A DNA stretch of 64,000 nucleotides from assembly GCA_951406725.2 (NCBI GenBank), contig OX597830.1, positions 61,318,001 to 61,382,000 on the forward strand. Direction: 5' to 3'. Below are positions 28,661-44,547 of the stretch, piece by piece. The notes beneath the pieces were generated by a model. The model saw only the letters and a list, made by a program, of their open reading frames with translations, was not told the origin of the DNA and made no database searches. The stretch's first letter is position 1. Every line of letters starts with the position of its first letter. The DNA is from Octopus vulgaris. Its lineage: Eukaryota. Both the position numbers and the translations under genes were made by a program.

Positions 28661-29312
28661 TAGGCCAGACAGAATATAAGAGATGTCATGACAATATAGC
28701 AAGGATTGTACATTGGACACTTTGCAACAAGTATGGACTTGACAGAGCAAAAAGTGGTACGAACATAAACCCGAGGGCATAATCGAAAATGATAATGCAA
28801 AGGTCCTATGAGATTTTATGATTCAGTGTGACCATGAGATAGAGAATAGGAAGCTAGATATAGTGATAATTGAGAAAGAAAGCAAATGATGCTGGATCAT
28901 GGATATAGCATGCCCAGCTGACAAGAAGGAAGAAATAGAAGTCGATAAGGAAGAAATAGAAATCGATAGATATGACAGTTTAGCTTATGAGGTTGAGCAG
29001 TTGTGGTTGAACAAAAAGGTGGTAGCAGTACCGATAATTGTCGGAACCCTAGGGACAGTGTATAAAAATCTTGTGCAGTACATGGAACAAATAGGGGCTG
29101 CAATAAGGGTGGAGCACTTGCAGAAAACAGCACTGCTTGGAACCGCTCGAATATCCCGGATGGTGCTCGAAAAAGGAGGAGTGTTACCTTAGTTCACTGG
29201 CAGTGAACTGCTGGTACCGTAGAACATCTCTAGCATTATAAGCTGTGCAAAGACAATAAATAATAATGATGATGATGGTGATGAGGATGATGAGGGTGAT
29301 AATAATAATAAT
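28661..29312 (+). pseudogene. Second R4/Dong family, RLE 3' fragment with (TAA/TGA)n tail
   Basis: ARIVHWTLCNKY...WYEHKPE...DFMIQCDHEIENRKLDIV...DIACP...VPIIVGTLG...LQKTALLGTARI. Confidence 0.85.
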
Positions 29313-29694
29313 CCTGATGCAATACTAGGCAGTGGCTCTCATGGCTTCTGATCTTAACTGATTGCAAGTGTTATCATGTACATTGTTTTGTCTTGGTATA
29401 AAAGATGGGCTACAGTAAATATTCTGCTCAATACCACAGATTTGCTTGTCAGTTGTTTGACCTTAACCATTTGAGCATGGCGGCTAATGATATGTGCATC
29501 TCTGATCACGAGCAGAAGTAGTGGGGGAGCATCATGGCCATATGTTGAGAGGAAATTTTGGGGGGTTTGAATAATTCACCTTGATTTTCGCGAAGTCCGG
29601 AAATTCCGGGCTCTCTACTGGCGAAATTTTTTTAAAAGGCCCTTAAAACAGCATTTTATCAACAGATTTTTCTTGACTTCACAGTACGGTGGCA

Positions 29695-29734
<40 letters not shown>

Positions 29735-29967
29735 TAATAATAATAATAATAATACTATAGGCACAAGGCCTGAAACTTGGGGGAGGGAACTAGCAGATTA
29801 CATCGACGTCAGTGTTTGGCTGGAACTTATTTTATCGATCGCGAAGGTATGAAAGCAAAGTCGGGCTCAGTGAGATTTGAACTCAGAACGTAATGACGGA
29901 CGAAATGCCGCTATGCATTTTTCCCTAGCGTGCTAATGATTCTGCCACCTCGCCACTTTATAATAAT

Positions 29968-30152
29968 GGCAGCAAGAAGAAAGAAAAGTTAAAACGGAAG
30001 TATTTGAGTAGGGTGAGAAGACTCTCGAAATTGAAATCGAATGGTGTAAATATTATTTCCGCGATTAACTCTAGGATTGTAAGTATTTTAAGGTATAGAG
30101 ATCGTGTAGTCAAATGGACGAAGGATGACCTAAAGATCTTGAAGAGAAAGAC
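29968..30152 (+). pseudogene. R4/Dong RT-downstream fragment
   Basis: KYLSRVRRL..KSNGVNIISAINSRIVSILRY...VKWT..DL...RKT, the same region as 45590-45760. Confidence 0.65.
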
Positions 30153-30243
30153 AGAAAAATCGCACACACTTATACATACAGTAACACACACACACATATA
30201 TACTTACATACAAATACGTTTGTTTTTAATGTGTATATGTATA

Positions 30244-30617
30244 TGGAAGCACTCCGTCGGCTACGACGACGAGGGTTCCGGTTGATCCGAATCAACGGAA
30301 CAGCCTGCTCGTGAAATTAACGTGTAAGTGGCTGAGCACTTCACAGAAACGTGAAGTTCTCGGGGATATTCAGCGTGACACAGAGAGTGACAAGGCCGGC
30401 CCTTTGAAATACAGGTACAACAGAAACAGGAAGTAAGAGTGAGAGAAAGTTGTGGTGAAAAAGTACAGCAGGGATCACCACCATCCCCTGCCGGAGCCTC
30501 GTGGAGCTTTAGGTGTTTTCGGTCAATAAACACTCACAACGCCCGGTCTGGGAATCGAAACCGCGATCCTATGACCGCGAGTCCGCTGCCCTAACCACTG
30601 GGCCATTGCGCCTCCAC
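30244..30617 (-). mobile_element. SINE family C, tail type X
   Basis: Matches the copy at 22610. 11-bp TSD gtatatgtata. Confidence 0.92.
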
Positions 30618-32761
30618 GTATATGTATAAAGGCACGTTTATATTTAGGTGTGTGTGCATGGATTTGTCCATTCGTTTCGATATTGTGACCATTTAAAGTG
30701 GTTTGCTTTTCTTTGCCTTCTCCCTGAAGTAACCAGAAATATTTAAATAAATTGCCCTGTATTTTACATTTAGTGTTTAGAAATTTTTGTCGTTTATATT
30801 TGTCTGTGATACATTCGTGTAAGTATTCTTTTAATGGTCGGAAACTGTGTCGCTTCCTATAGCATTTACTGCAAACCAGCGAATTTATGCTGGCATCGAT
30901 ATTGTTTCAGGCTGTTTATAACTCGACAGTTGCGACTCGTAAAACTTAGTTTAGTGTTTGGTCGAAATAAACGCTTAGAACACAAAATAAAATATTCTAA
31001 GGGAAAATAATAGAAAACATTTGGTCTAGTTTATGGACGCTTAGAAAGAAGGGACGTTCAGTAAATCACGAACATTTGTGCTCATTGTTTTGTTTTTCTG
31101 CCATTATATTAGAGAATATGTAGCAATTTACATAGATATAAGACATTGGTTGAGAAACAAGAACAAACATAAAAGTATACTTCCTTTCATAACACCCCCT
31201 ATTACAGAAATATTGTAGGTGATGTGAATGGCCCGTTACTGTTCTAATACCTTTATAAAAAATAAAGGAAAAAACATTAGTGGTGGAAATGGAATGTTAA
31301 GTATATCTCTGAGAAACATGACGCAGCACTTATAGAGAGGCTTGCACTGAATAGTCAGAAGTTAGCCAGCCACTGAAACAGAATGGTAAGATACAAGAGT
31401 TAAAGAACCTACTACGACAAAATTATAATTTTGTACTAAAGTTCAACAATATTGATGATGTCTTTTCCAAGACTATTATATATATGTAGGAAAATTATGT
31501 TCGAACAAGAACTAAAACAAGAAATTGTTTTCCAGTCACTTACTCCGGAGCACCCTTGTTCACGATAATCACTCTGATTTTTTAAGTGAATTAGTGACAT
31601 TAGCCGTTGAAATAACGTCAACCAGCAATAGAAATCGGGTCGCTGTCTTAGTTTAAGAAGAGTTTAATTTCTACTACACGTTTTTCCACTTCATACGATA
31701 ATAATAATGATTTCTGACATAGACATAACGGACAGAAAAATAAATATGTGACCTTTCTGTCTGAAAATTTAAAACGTAAGCTCAAACATGGAATCAAAAC
31801 TAGGTTACATACTAGACACGTCGAAGACTTACTCTACACTTATAAAAAGGCAGCCATCAACATGAGTAGTGGTAATTTGGAATTCAGTTATCATATAGGC
31901 TCTTTAATTGTAATAGCATAAACGATTTATTAAAATACGACAATGAGCGATAGTTAAAAAGTTGCTACATAGGAGTATCATTGCTAGGTTCTGATTACAT
32001 GAAAGTAAAACACATGATTACTTTGATCATACTGTCTAGGAACATAATTGAAATGAATGTCGTGACTATGGTAGAAGAGATAAGGGTCTCTCATTTGTCC
32101 AGACATTACTGGCTTGAGCTAAATTAATGTCGACTTCTTGATAACCAGCGGCCTGCAATCGTCAACTGTAAGCAAGCTTTCTACGAGCTGAATATGCAAC
32201 TAAGTGTTGACTCTCAGTTGAAACCCTTTCACTTCACTTATGTCACTAACAGCTTTGGGAAAAACAATGCCCTATTTCTTCAACCCTTTTAAAACTGAAT
32301 ACTTACGGCTGGATAAAATGCCAAATTCTGATCAATTATGTTCAATCGTTAACGAAAATCACATTCCTATATCCCTTAGTTTAATTGAAATGATGTTGTT
32401 ACATTTCTTATATCCACGTAAGACTCAATGAGTTAGGGAACAGGGTAGCCGGGTGATGTGTGTAAGATCAATGCTCCACTCTGTGTTTTAATTATGGTTT
32501 TCATTGAAGAAATTACACATAGAACATCTAAATGAAATTAGCAACCAACCAAGAGATACTTTGGATATACCTATCTATGTTGAACTTAGCTTCAATAGCG
32601 TCTGTAGACATACAAAGAAAAAGATCAGAATAAAGTTATGAAATTCAGTTGACAATAACCTCTACTTTGTCTCGTACTTTAGCTTTTGAATGCTGCCACT
32701 TCGCTGGCTTAGCAATCAGGCCAACATTTCCTTTGACTGGAAGGTAACACCGTCGCAGGTG

Positions 32762-33060
<299 letters not shown>

Positions 33061-33477
33061 GGACACACACACACACAAGGAACACTGAAATGGTAATTGA
33101 GAAGAAGATAAAGACTGGATAATAACGTGTGTTTGTGGGGGTCTATATATTCATATGATAAAAATATTAAATATATAAATCTGGGATCAAATGACAAAAC
33201 ACGATGCAAATAAAGAAGTCTAACTCTGCTGTAAAATTAATGGTAAGCTAATAAGACGCCAGCTTTGATACTATAATTGTAAATCGGGGAGTTGTAACTT
33301 GAATTGAATGCTAGTCAGACAATGCAGTCGGCGGAGCTTTCACATTAGTGAGGTGGAGGGCGTATTCTTTCCAAAATGCATATTCCTTCCAAAATGCTTA
33401 TTCCTTCCAGATGAACCGTGAAATCTACTGGTGTCCGGTATGCGGAACTTTCCATTGACAATACTTGCACAAGTAAC

Positions 33478-34768
<1,291 letters not shown>

Positions 34769-34957
34769 GCAAATTTAATATAAATAGCAGGTTGCAATAC
34801 TTCATCAAAAGGGAGAATTATAAATGTCTCCGAATGTGACTAGAGTGTTCTCGTTATATTCGCTCATTCATGTAGGTTAACTACAGTAGTGGAGCATTTT
34901 ACCTCTTATCTTTAGCAATGTAGGTGTTTTTTAACACTCGAGTCAGATTTAGTAACA

Positions 34958-35010
<53 letters not shown>

Positions 35011-35071
35011 ATATTTCGAATGGTCATATTGCCAGTTTAGCCAATAAATCTTGCACAACAAATATTTAAAC

Positions 35072-35123
<52 letters not shown>

Positions 35124-35167
35124 CGTATCTTGCGGTATAGCAGACGCTGCACCATGGACAACCCACG

Positions 35168-35289
35168 ACCCCGAAAGAATGAAAGGCAAAGTCGACCTCG
35201 GTGGAATTTGAACTCAGGACGTGGCGGCAGGCGAAATACTGCTAAGCATTTCGCCCGGCGTGGTGACGTTTCTGCCAGCTCGCCACCTT
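35168..35289 (-). mobile_element. SINE family B, 5' half
   Basis: Head and core present. Confidence 0.85.
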
Positions 35290-35480
35290 ACTGGATATTA
35301 TATTATTAATTCATTGATTTACCCGAGATAAAAGCTCCGCTCTCCTACTGAGCTCCTTACTCAGTTTCCACAGACCTGCCAACGACATCCCTCAGTTGCT
35401 TACTTTCATTTTTGTCTTCTATTCTGTTGCTATATATAATACTACTAAATTTATATACGCCCCCTACCTCTGTCTGTCAC

Positions 35481-35511
<31 letters not shown>

Positions 35512-35560
35512 GCCTGTCTGTATCTCTCTCTCCTTCTCTCTCTCTCTCTGTATGTCTACC

Positions 35561-35985
35561 TATTTCTTTACTACCCACAAGGAGCTAAACACAGAGGGGA
35601 CAAACAAGGACAGACATAGGTATTAAGTCGATTACATCGACCCCAGTGCGTCACTGGTACTTAATTTATCGACCCCGAAAGGATGAAAGGCAACGTCGAC
35701 CTCGGCGGAATTTGAACTCACAACATAACGGCAGACGAAATACCTTTTTCTTTATTACCCACAAGGGGTTAAACACAGAGGGGGACAAACAAGGACAGAC
35801 ATAGGTATTAAGTCGATTACATCGACCCCAGTTTGTAACTGGTACTTTATTTAATCAACCCCGAAAGGATGAAAGGCAAAGTCGACCTCGGCGGAATTTG
35901 AACTCGGAACGTAACGGCAGACTAAATACCGCAAGGCATTTCGCCCCGGCGCGCTAACGTTTCTGCCAGCTCGCCAGCTCGCCTC
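35561..35985 (-). mobile_element. SINE-B head-to-tail dimer inside one TSD
   Basis: ctctctgtatgtctacc(tat) flanks both ends (35544 and 35986). Internal junction gacgaaatacc|tttttc at about 35744. Confidence 0.9.
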
Positions 35986-36262
35986 CTCTCTGTATGTCTA
36001 CCTATCTATCAATCTACCTTACTCTTTCCTTACCTTTTCCTTTGACCTCTCCCCTCTCCCATCTCTGCCCTTTTTTTTTTTCCACATTTTCTTCTTGTTT
36101 AGTTGTCTATTATTCCTCTCTGACTTTCTTTCAAACGCTCTCCGTCAAAATTCCTATTAATTTTAGCCTTTTTTCTTTCTGTTTATTTCCGACGTTTTTC
36201 ACCTTTCTCACTGTCTTTCATACTGACTCTCCTCCAGCACACAAATCTTAAACACATAAATT

Positions 36263-36645
<383 letters not shown>

Positions 36646-36955
36646 GATATTCATACCCAGCTGTAAAATTTCTACATAAGCGTAACAAATGCCTAGCTCA
36701 GGTTTACTTTCATGGATATTATTACTGCTGTTATTTCTCTTTTAGCTTCTGTTGTTGAAATAGTCATTTCTTCAATTTCTCCCTTCTCATTACGCTAACA
36801 AACCCCCACCACCTACATCCAACCACCCTCCAATGTTTTTATAACGTTCCATATTCTTTGATGTGTGTCAATGTCACCCAGACATCGTTTTCGTCTGCCA
36901 CTTTCAATAGTTCATACCGACAACTTCCTCTCTTTCCTTTTACTCCCACTCTACG

Positions 36956-37109
<154 letters not shown>

Positions 37110-37146
37110 GTCTGTCTGTCTGTCTGTCTATCCGTCTATCCGTCTG

Positions 37147-37220
<74 letters not shown>

Positions 37221-37256
37221 AGTCTGTCTGTCTGTCTGTCTGTCTACATAGATAGA

Positions 37257-37291
37257 TACTCTGAGTTTCACGTTCCCGTTCGTCGGACAGT
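37257..37291 (-). ncRNA. Isolated hammerhead 5' half ending at the GUA triplet
   Basis: Minus strand: aCTGT-CCGACGA-ACG ggaa CGT-GAAA-CTC a GAG-TA. Flanked by the direct repeat tacatagatagata. Confidence 0.6.
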
Positions 37292-38109
37292 TACATAGAT
37301 AGATAGATAGAGACATATACACACACATATATTAATACATACATTCATTCAGATAAGTGTACACAAATGCACAGTCATACACATACTTTCATATGTACAT
37401 TCATTCATACATACAAAATTCACGCACACACACACACACATACCCCGCCCCCCATACAAATGTATGTATTCGGAAAACAAAAAAAAATAGCTGACGAAAA
37501 TAGTAGGGTACGGCCTATTGCCAACTAAAATCGACTCCGAATAAAGAGAGGAATAATCTCAAGAATAAAAATGAAACTCTCAGTTATTGGTATGGCAGTC
37601 TGTTTCCTCTTCTTCTGGAGACATGAAGGCAGGAGTGGACACATGTTCCTGCCGCAGTAAGTGTTATCAACTCATCAGTTGTCCTACCGTGACTCCAGTT
37701 GATGTAAGACTTGTGCTTACACACAGAGTTACACATATATAGATTCGTATATTCATGCACGCACACACACATACACACACACACACACATACACACACAC
37801 ACACAGCTGCAGCAGCAATAAAAATAATAAAACTGTTTACAATAGGAGCAAAGCCTGAAATTTTGGGTGAGAAGATTAATGCAATACATCTAGCCCAGTG
37901 CACATGTGGTACTTGTTTTATCGATCCAGAATGAGAAAGGCAAAGTCGACCTCTGCGGAAATTGGACTGGGATGCAAAGAGCCAGAAGAAATGCTGAAAA
38001 CACCTTATCCAACGCGCAAATGATTCTGCAAACTCACCTCCTTGACGACAACAACAACAACAACAATTACTATTACACCAACAAATGCTACAATTAAGGA
38101 ATAGTAAGT

Positions 38110-38442
38110 AATCAAAAAATATTGAAAAGATGTTCTTGCCAGATTCTGTTGCAAACTCAATAACGGAATTTAAGTATGAACCAGACGAAGGAGCTACCAT
38201 CTTGAAGGAAAATACCAAATAGAAAAGCAAAAGTTTAACACTGTTATGGAAACCCTAAAACAACGTATTCGGGCAAAAACACTAAAGGTGCAACACTACA
38301 CTGATTGCATATCGCAGTTCCACCAAAACAGGTTATTCACAAATAACCAGAGGCAGATTTTTAAGAGCTTCAGGGGAGATGCAGAAGTTAATATACCTCC
38401 TGAAGGAGAGGAAACCCGCCAATTTTGGAATAACATCTGGGG
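38110..38442 (+). pseudogene. R4/Dong pre-RT fragment
   Basis: ETLKQRIRAK...QNRLFTNNQRQIFKS...PEGEETRQFWNNIWG. Confidence 0.65.
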
Positions 38443-39040
38443 ACGCACCTCTATTGTTGCGAACCGATTCCCTCTGGCAAGATACACAACATCTTGCCAG
38501 ATTGGTTGTAGGTATTTTCCCGCCTGTTCGTTGGTAATTCTTTCCAGATTTTTTCCTTAATTGATTCTGTCTTTAAAATAATGATTTCACCTGGCTGGGA
38601 GGGGTAAGTTTGATCTCATACCTCTCTCTTTAAACTTGTCTAGTTCTTGGTTTTCAACTTTCAAGTCTTCCCTGTTAACGCCGGCAACGGCCGCAAAGTT
38701 GTTTACTTTTTGTTTTCCACCTGTAATTTTCATTTCTTTTGTGTCTTTCAATAATTTTCTGTTCAACTCCTGAACTTGTTGGTTCAAATCTTCGTCCGAC
38801 AAAGACACATCTGATGAACTTATACTCAACATGATGAGAAAAAAATTCAAAAAGGGAAAATTTTTCTTTTTCTTCCCAAGGGAGAAACCGTTAACAAATC
38901 TTTCAAAAGGCAGTAAAATACGGTAATTCGAAACAAACACAATAAAAGTTCAACAAAACGGTAACACTTCCAACAATAATTTCAACAAAAATTACAATAT
39001 TTACGTCCAAACCAACCGATCAATTTCAGATGATTGTAGC

Positions 39041-41085
39041 TATTTCTTTTATTGACCATAAGGCCTTACACAGATGGGACGAACAAAGACAGACAAGACA
39101 GCACAAGAGGGAACAAAAAAAACAAAAAACTAAACGGATGAATGAAATGAAATTACATAAATATGAAGATGTAATGGCTACTCGACCCCACTTCCGAGTA
39201 GTACCATTTTAACTATATTTTCCACTATTTTGAATCCTACGTTTATCCGAATAATTATCTTAGTAAATGCAAAGTGGCTTCAATTTTTCGAATTCCACCA
39301 TAGATAGCAAATGGTCATATCTTATCTCTACCCCTAATGGATTTACATCATCTCCAAAGTTTGCATTTAATTTTTTATAGTTTTTCATGTCAATCAAAAT
39401 GCATTCCATACCTGGAACTCTTAAGATGATAACTTAAGAGTTCCAGGGTCGATTATTTTGGGAGTGACCCAAGCTCCGCAATGTCTTTTGGGTGTATCTT
39501 TTTCATGTCGTTGTATAACTTCCTTGAGATTCTTCCGTAAGTGAGGACTCCTTCTTCAACATCACCCTGGAAGATTTTTGATTGCAGGTTGGGCACAATC
39601 ACACCCACCTAATAAGTGTTGGTGTTTCTAAACACTACCATTACCGTTTCCGGTTTCCCCCCCCCCACAGGTTTGGTGGCCTGTACCAGAACATCTCTTC
39701 TGTCATTCCTTTACTTTCTATCAGTTTTTCAGCTGTGGCATTTCTGGCCAACTTTAGGATTTTCTTTTCCCTTTTTGGGAGGGGTTTATTCTTTTCCGGT
39801 GTTACCACTTCTGGTCTTTTTCTTGAGACCACCTGGAACTCCTTTTTGCCATCCTCTTCTTGGGCCGCCCCGTCACAGCTGGCGGTATCCCCTTGGCCTG
39901 GCTACCACCTGCACCTGCTCCTCACTGGTTACTGGTGGTAGCCCTCTGGGTAATGGCCTCCTTGGCCGGGGCTATTACCTTCTCATCATTTGTTTCATCT
40001 TTGTTATTACTGGTGGTAGCCTTCTGAGTAATGGCCTCCTTGGCTGAGGCTACCACCTTCTCGTTGTTGGTCTCAGTGTTGGTGGTAGCCCCCTGGGTAA
40101 CGGCCTCCTTGGCCGGAGCTACCACTTTTGCCGCTTTCTTGTTGGTGGGGAGAACTTCCTTCTCCCCACCTTTCGCCTTTTTCTTGGGAGGTCCACACTC
40201 AGCACTCTGGTGTCCCTTCAATCCGCACCGGAAGCACCGAGGTTTTCTCCCTTCCACATTTATGATTAAGGCTGACTCCTCCGCAACCTGTATTCTGTCG
40301 GGGAGCTCTTCTAAGTCTGCAGGTAAGCCTGTATCAGGATTTCCAAAGATCGTTCTTTTCAATTCTGAGAGACATCTTTTTACCTGGATTACCTCCAGTT
40401 TTTCTTCTCTATTGAAGAGGAGCATGGCAATAACTTATACTACCTCAACATCAGGAGGGATATTCATGATTTTTACCCGGAACGTCCTGCGTCCCAGATA
40501 TAAGGGTAATAGTGCCATTTTGTCGTTCTGCAAGGTCCGAGTGGAATAATCCTTAGCCTTTTCAACCGACTCGAACCTTGCTTGTTACCTCGGGTCAGGA
40601 AGGCAATATCCTTCATTACTGACCCAAGGCACTCCTCTGTACTTTCCTCCTCGAGCCGTCTCACTTTCTTGCTTTTTAAGCAGAACGTTTTATATATTAC
40701 GGTTCATTCCCGTCTGCAGGTAGTTATTTCAGGTGTGTGTGTGTGTGTGTGGGGGGGGGATTTACTTTCCCCGTTGCTTTCAATTATTTTGCCAAACAAA
40801 AGTTGTATTTCAGCCTTTTTCAAGGTAATGATTTCCTCTTGTTGACCAACAGCAGCGGCGTAACTCATAGGTGCCAGCGTGGCTCCCGCTTCCGCAGTTG
40901 ACGCCGCAGTGGAACTCAAAATTAATGAGTTCCCTCTACAACGAGGTAAAAAATTACACAGTTTATACAAATCCTTCCCCCGTGGGGTAGGGTAACAACA
41001 ACAATATTACAAGCCGTTAATTAACAACTCAACGGCTACAACAGTAAAACAACGACAATCAATCCTGCACCAGGCAACAATTATT
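39041..41085 (-). mobile_element. Non-LTR-type element with a decayed Gag-like ORF1 (CCHC knuckle) and no visible RT
   Basis: MSYAAAV N-terminus, RVKIMNIPP, VEGRKPRCFRCGLKGHQSAEC (CX2CX4HX4C). The frame ends near 39260. The 3' end is homologous to the SINE-B long tail. Confidence 0.7.
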
Positions 41086-41586
41086 TAAACTCACCTACAG
41101 ATCTCTAAACGTTATTCAATATCCAGAAAAACAGATGATTGAAACCACGGTGAAAAGATATCAATGTTAATTTACTGATGCATTTGGGCAAGTCTATGTC
41201 TGTATTATCAGACAATTTCAAAAAAATGTTTAAAAAAAGTTCAAAACTCTGCCAAAATCCGGTACAAATTCTTCATTGTTCAAAACTTTGCTTACTTTTT
41301 ACTCAACCTGTTAACATAAGCCTGAAATGGGAAAATTGTTTCTATTAATTCTATGTTTACGTTATATAACAATTCCCTTTGCATTTTTGTAGGACTGTGC
41401 AGATATAAAATCATTAAATGCTATTACTGGAGTTCAAGTTCATCCCGAAAGTTCTGTTTCTAACAGATGCTGCAGATGATCAATAAAATCTTAAACATGA
41501 ACTTGTAAACCAAACCTATGATGTTATGAACGAATTGAAATATTCATCTGAATCATCATGAAATTAAAATTAATATCATGGTAACG

Positions 41587-41635
41587 CATGGTGAGGAAGG
41601 TGAGGTTGTAATACTAGTCCGGAAACCGGTCCACG
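41587..41635 (+). ncRNA. Degenerate hammerhead-like motif
   Basis: CATG-GTGAGGA-agg...ccg-GAAA-CCGG-TC-CACG. Palindromic stem III and a GUC site, but C3 and stem I are damaged. Confidence 0.35.
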
Positions 41636-42889
41636 TGAGTCCAAATACTCGAATGTATGCTGAGTGATTGTCTTAGCCCGTTTGCCTTCAGACGGTTGAT
41701 TTCTGTAGTTATCAGCGTATTTTGGTAATTTAAATAAGAGTTTTGACTGTATATCTACTAGCATGTAGGCATACTTCGTATGTCCTTTGATTAATTTTAA
41801 TCCTTCAGGTATTATATATATATATATATATATATATAAATCTCTTGGCTGAGAGGAAATACACACAGAGATGGAGCACATACATACATGCAGGATCGAT
41901 GCATACGCACTCACACGCATATACCTATTCATGCGCAGATGATGCCCATGTGCACATACAAGCATACGGGCTTGACACACAACAACGACAAAACCATAAC
42001 AGCGACAGAAAGCTAATAGCGAAGATGAGAGACAGATTATTTTCATACCAAAATGAATGGGTGCGCTATAACGTTCGTATAAGTCTTACTTGCGTCGTAT
42101 CAGTTCAGTATCGTTAGCAAGCCCACCCATGCAAATGTAGCAATCTCTACCACAACCCTCTCTACCATCTAAAATGTATATAGAGGTGATGTGCCCCTTC
42201 TGTTGTGGCTTTATACGCTACGAATGTCAACGTCTCAATATTATTCTCTTGGTAAAGACAGTTAAATGTTAAATATATTCCGCTGTCTGTTTGTCATCCA
42301 GCTATTTCCTCACCTAACAACTACCGTCGCCGTCTCCCCACTTCACTCTCTTTTATCCAAACAACACCTTTAAAGAAAAGGATAACGACTTTTGTTTGAA
42401 CAATGACCGACATTTTGCATTGTCAGTCTCAAATGGGTTCGTATTTTTGCGGTGGTTATTGTTATTATTGTTATATTTTAGACTCAGAAATGAATATTAG
42501 TGCGTCATTGTTGTTGTTTGAGTTGCTGTTGTTAAGGAAGTTGTTTCCCATGATTCTGTTGTAGCTGCAATGGTTGCTGTCATGATTGTGGTTGATGTAG
42601 TTGTGTAGTTCCTGTTATAACCTGTTGAAACTGTTGTGATTGTAGTTGCCGTTGTTGTCGTCGTCGTCGTCGTTGTTGTTGTTGCTGTAATGGTGGATTT
42701 TATCATTTGATTTTTACTGTCGTTATTAAAAGGAAAAGAGACAGTGCCTCGTGAGGTACTCCGTTGCAACACATCACATTGGACTATACGGAAGTATTTC
42801 ACACAAAAGTGTATAAAACAGTATGATAGTGTACATCCATAGGTAAGTGAAACTAAAGACAAGTGCAATGCAATAAAACTTAGGTTTTG

Positions 42890-43310
42890 GCATCTTTTCG
42901 GTTTGAACGGCAGTTTTTTCTAGCGGTGTCATATGAAATTGTCACCCATAATTATGACCCTAGTATCTATCTATTGCATTTCAATCTGTTTTCATGTTAG
43001 TTAGGGTTAGGGATGGGGGGAAAGATATCTTTTTTTCTTCACAAATGTAAATAAACCCAATCTGTTTCTTAAACGAGGGACATATTCATACGGCACAGAA
43101 TGTTTTTTTAACTCAATGGACGTCATTGATTGGTTGAAATTGCAGAAATTGAAAAAAGCAACAACAAATATCTTACAAACTATAGAATTTTCTCAATAAA
43201 GCCAATATAAAAATATGTTTTATAAACACATTCTACCAATATACGAAGTTTAAAATTTTTTAGTTATCTAGAAATTATGTTAAAAACTGCCGTTCAAACC
43301 GAAAAGATCC
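42890..43310. mobile_element. MITE (second copy), perfect 8-bp TSD aggttttg
   Basis: Reverse complement of 21907-22321. TSD at 42882-42889 and 43311-43318. Confidence 0.93.
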
Positions 43311-43575
43311 AGGTTTTGTTTTTAGAATATTGTAAGACTGTAATGACGTGAAGTGTGGTGTTATCGTTTTGCTCCATATAAGCCGTGGTTGAGTAGACCT
43401 AAGATCAAATATGTTATAATCATTATCAACACGCCTATTTGTTTATATAGGAGTACATTATCTAATATTTTAATAATTTTTTAAGATGGTAGGATGTGAC
43501 CAGAGATGAATTTGGTCATTGTCTCCACTAGAGTGAACGACGGCATAGAAGTGTAGTGTGCTTTATGTAGTAGAG

Positions 43576-44367
43576 CAGGGACCACCAAACGACGGTCCAG
43601 GGGTGGGATCCGACCCGCGAGGTCAGTTCCTCCGGTCCGCCACCGCACTGTACCTTTTGTGTACCTGCACTGAGAGTTCATTCCTGCAACGATCGTGTTT
43701 TAATTTGCAATGCTGTGTTGAAACCGGTTTGAAGAGTGCCATATATAAAAGGGACTAACCGGTGAATTGTGTCATATATTTTGCATATTTGAGTGTTGAA
43801 GGAACTCACAAGAGGTAAGCAGGTAAGCATCTCATTGGCTCGCAAGCAAATGACTTGCTGAAAGAGAAGCACAGAAAAGGAAAACTTGTTGAATTTCATT
43901 GCTGCTTACCTGATGATGAGTTTTCAAAGTTGAAGAAATTTAATTCTAATATGACACCAGTATATGGAATAATTTATGTCTACGAGCAAACATTTCCAAA
44001 ATTAAAGTATGTGAAGTCAACACATCGAATGAGGTTGACTGATGAATATTTGAAAGCAATTCTCTTGGTTGGATGCAGCAATTCCAAAGCAAGTATTGAT
44101 GATATCTGAAAAGCTTTACGCCAGTTTCACAAATCTCACTAACCTGATTTTGTTGCTTGGTTTGTGAGATTTGGATATGTGCGCACTGGGTGTGATATAA
44201 CTATCTTATTGCTAACATCGCCTTCTTTGATAGCGTTTTGATAAATAAATATGTTGGTAGTCTTTATTTTTTGCTTATTCACTGTATTTCGTTAAAGAAA
44301 GCGGTTATGCGACCCGCATTCGTCATTTAGTGATCTGGCCGCTGTGAAAAAAGTTTGGTAATCTTTG
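43576..44367 (+). mobile_element. hAT (Charlie/SPIN-like) internal-deletion derivative
   Basis: YVYEQTFPKLKYVKSTHRMRLTDEYL is the hAT C-terminal dimerisation region. Degenerate TIRs cagggaccaccaaac / gtttggtaatctttg. Flanks tagtagag / cagtcgag. Confidence 0.8.
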
Positions 44368-44416
44368 CAGTCGAGGTCGTGTTGCCCGATGATGAAATGT
44401 CATAATATATTTTACC

Positions 44417-44459
<43 letters not shown>

Positions 44460-44547
44460 CATACATACATACATACATACATACATACATACATACATAC
44501 ATACATACATACATACATACATACATACATACATACATACATACATA

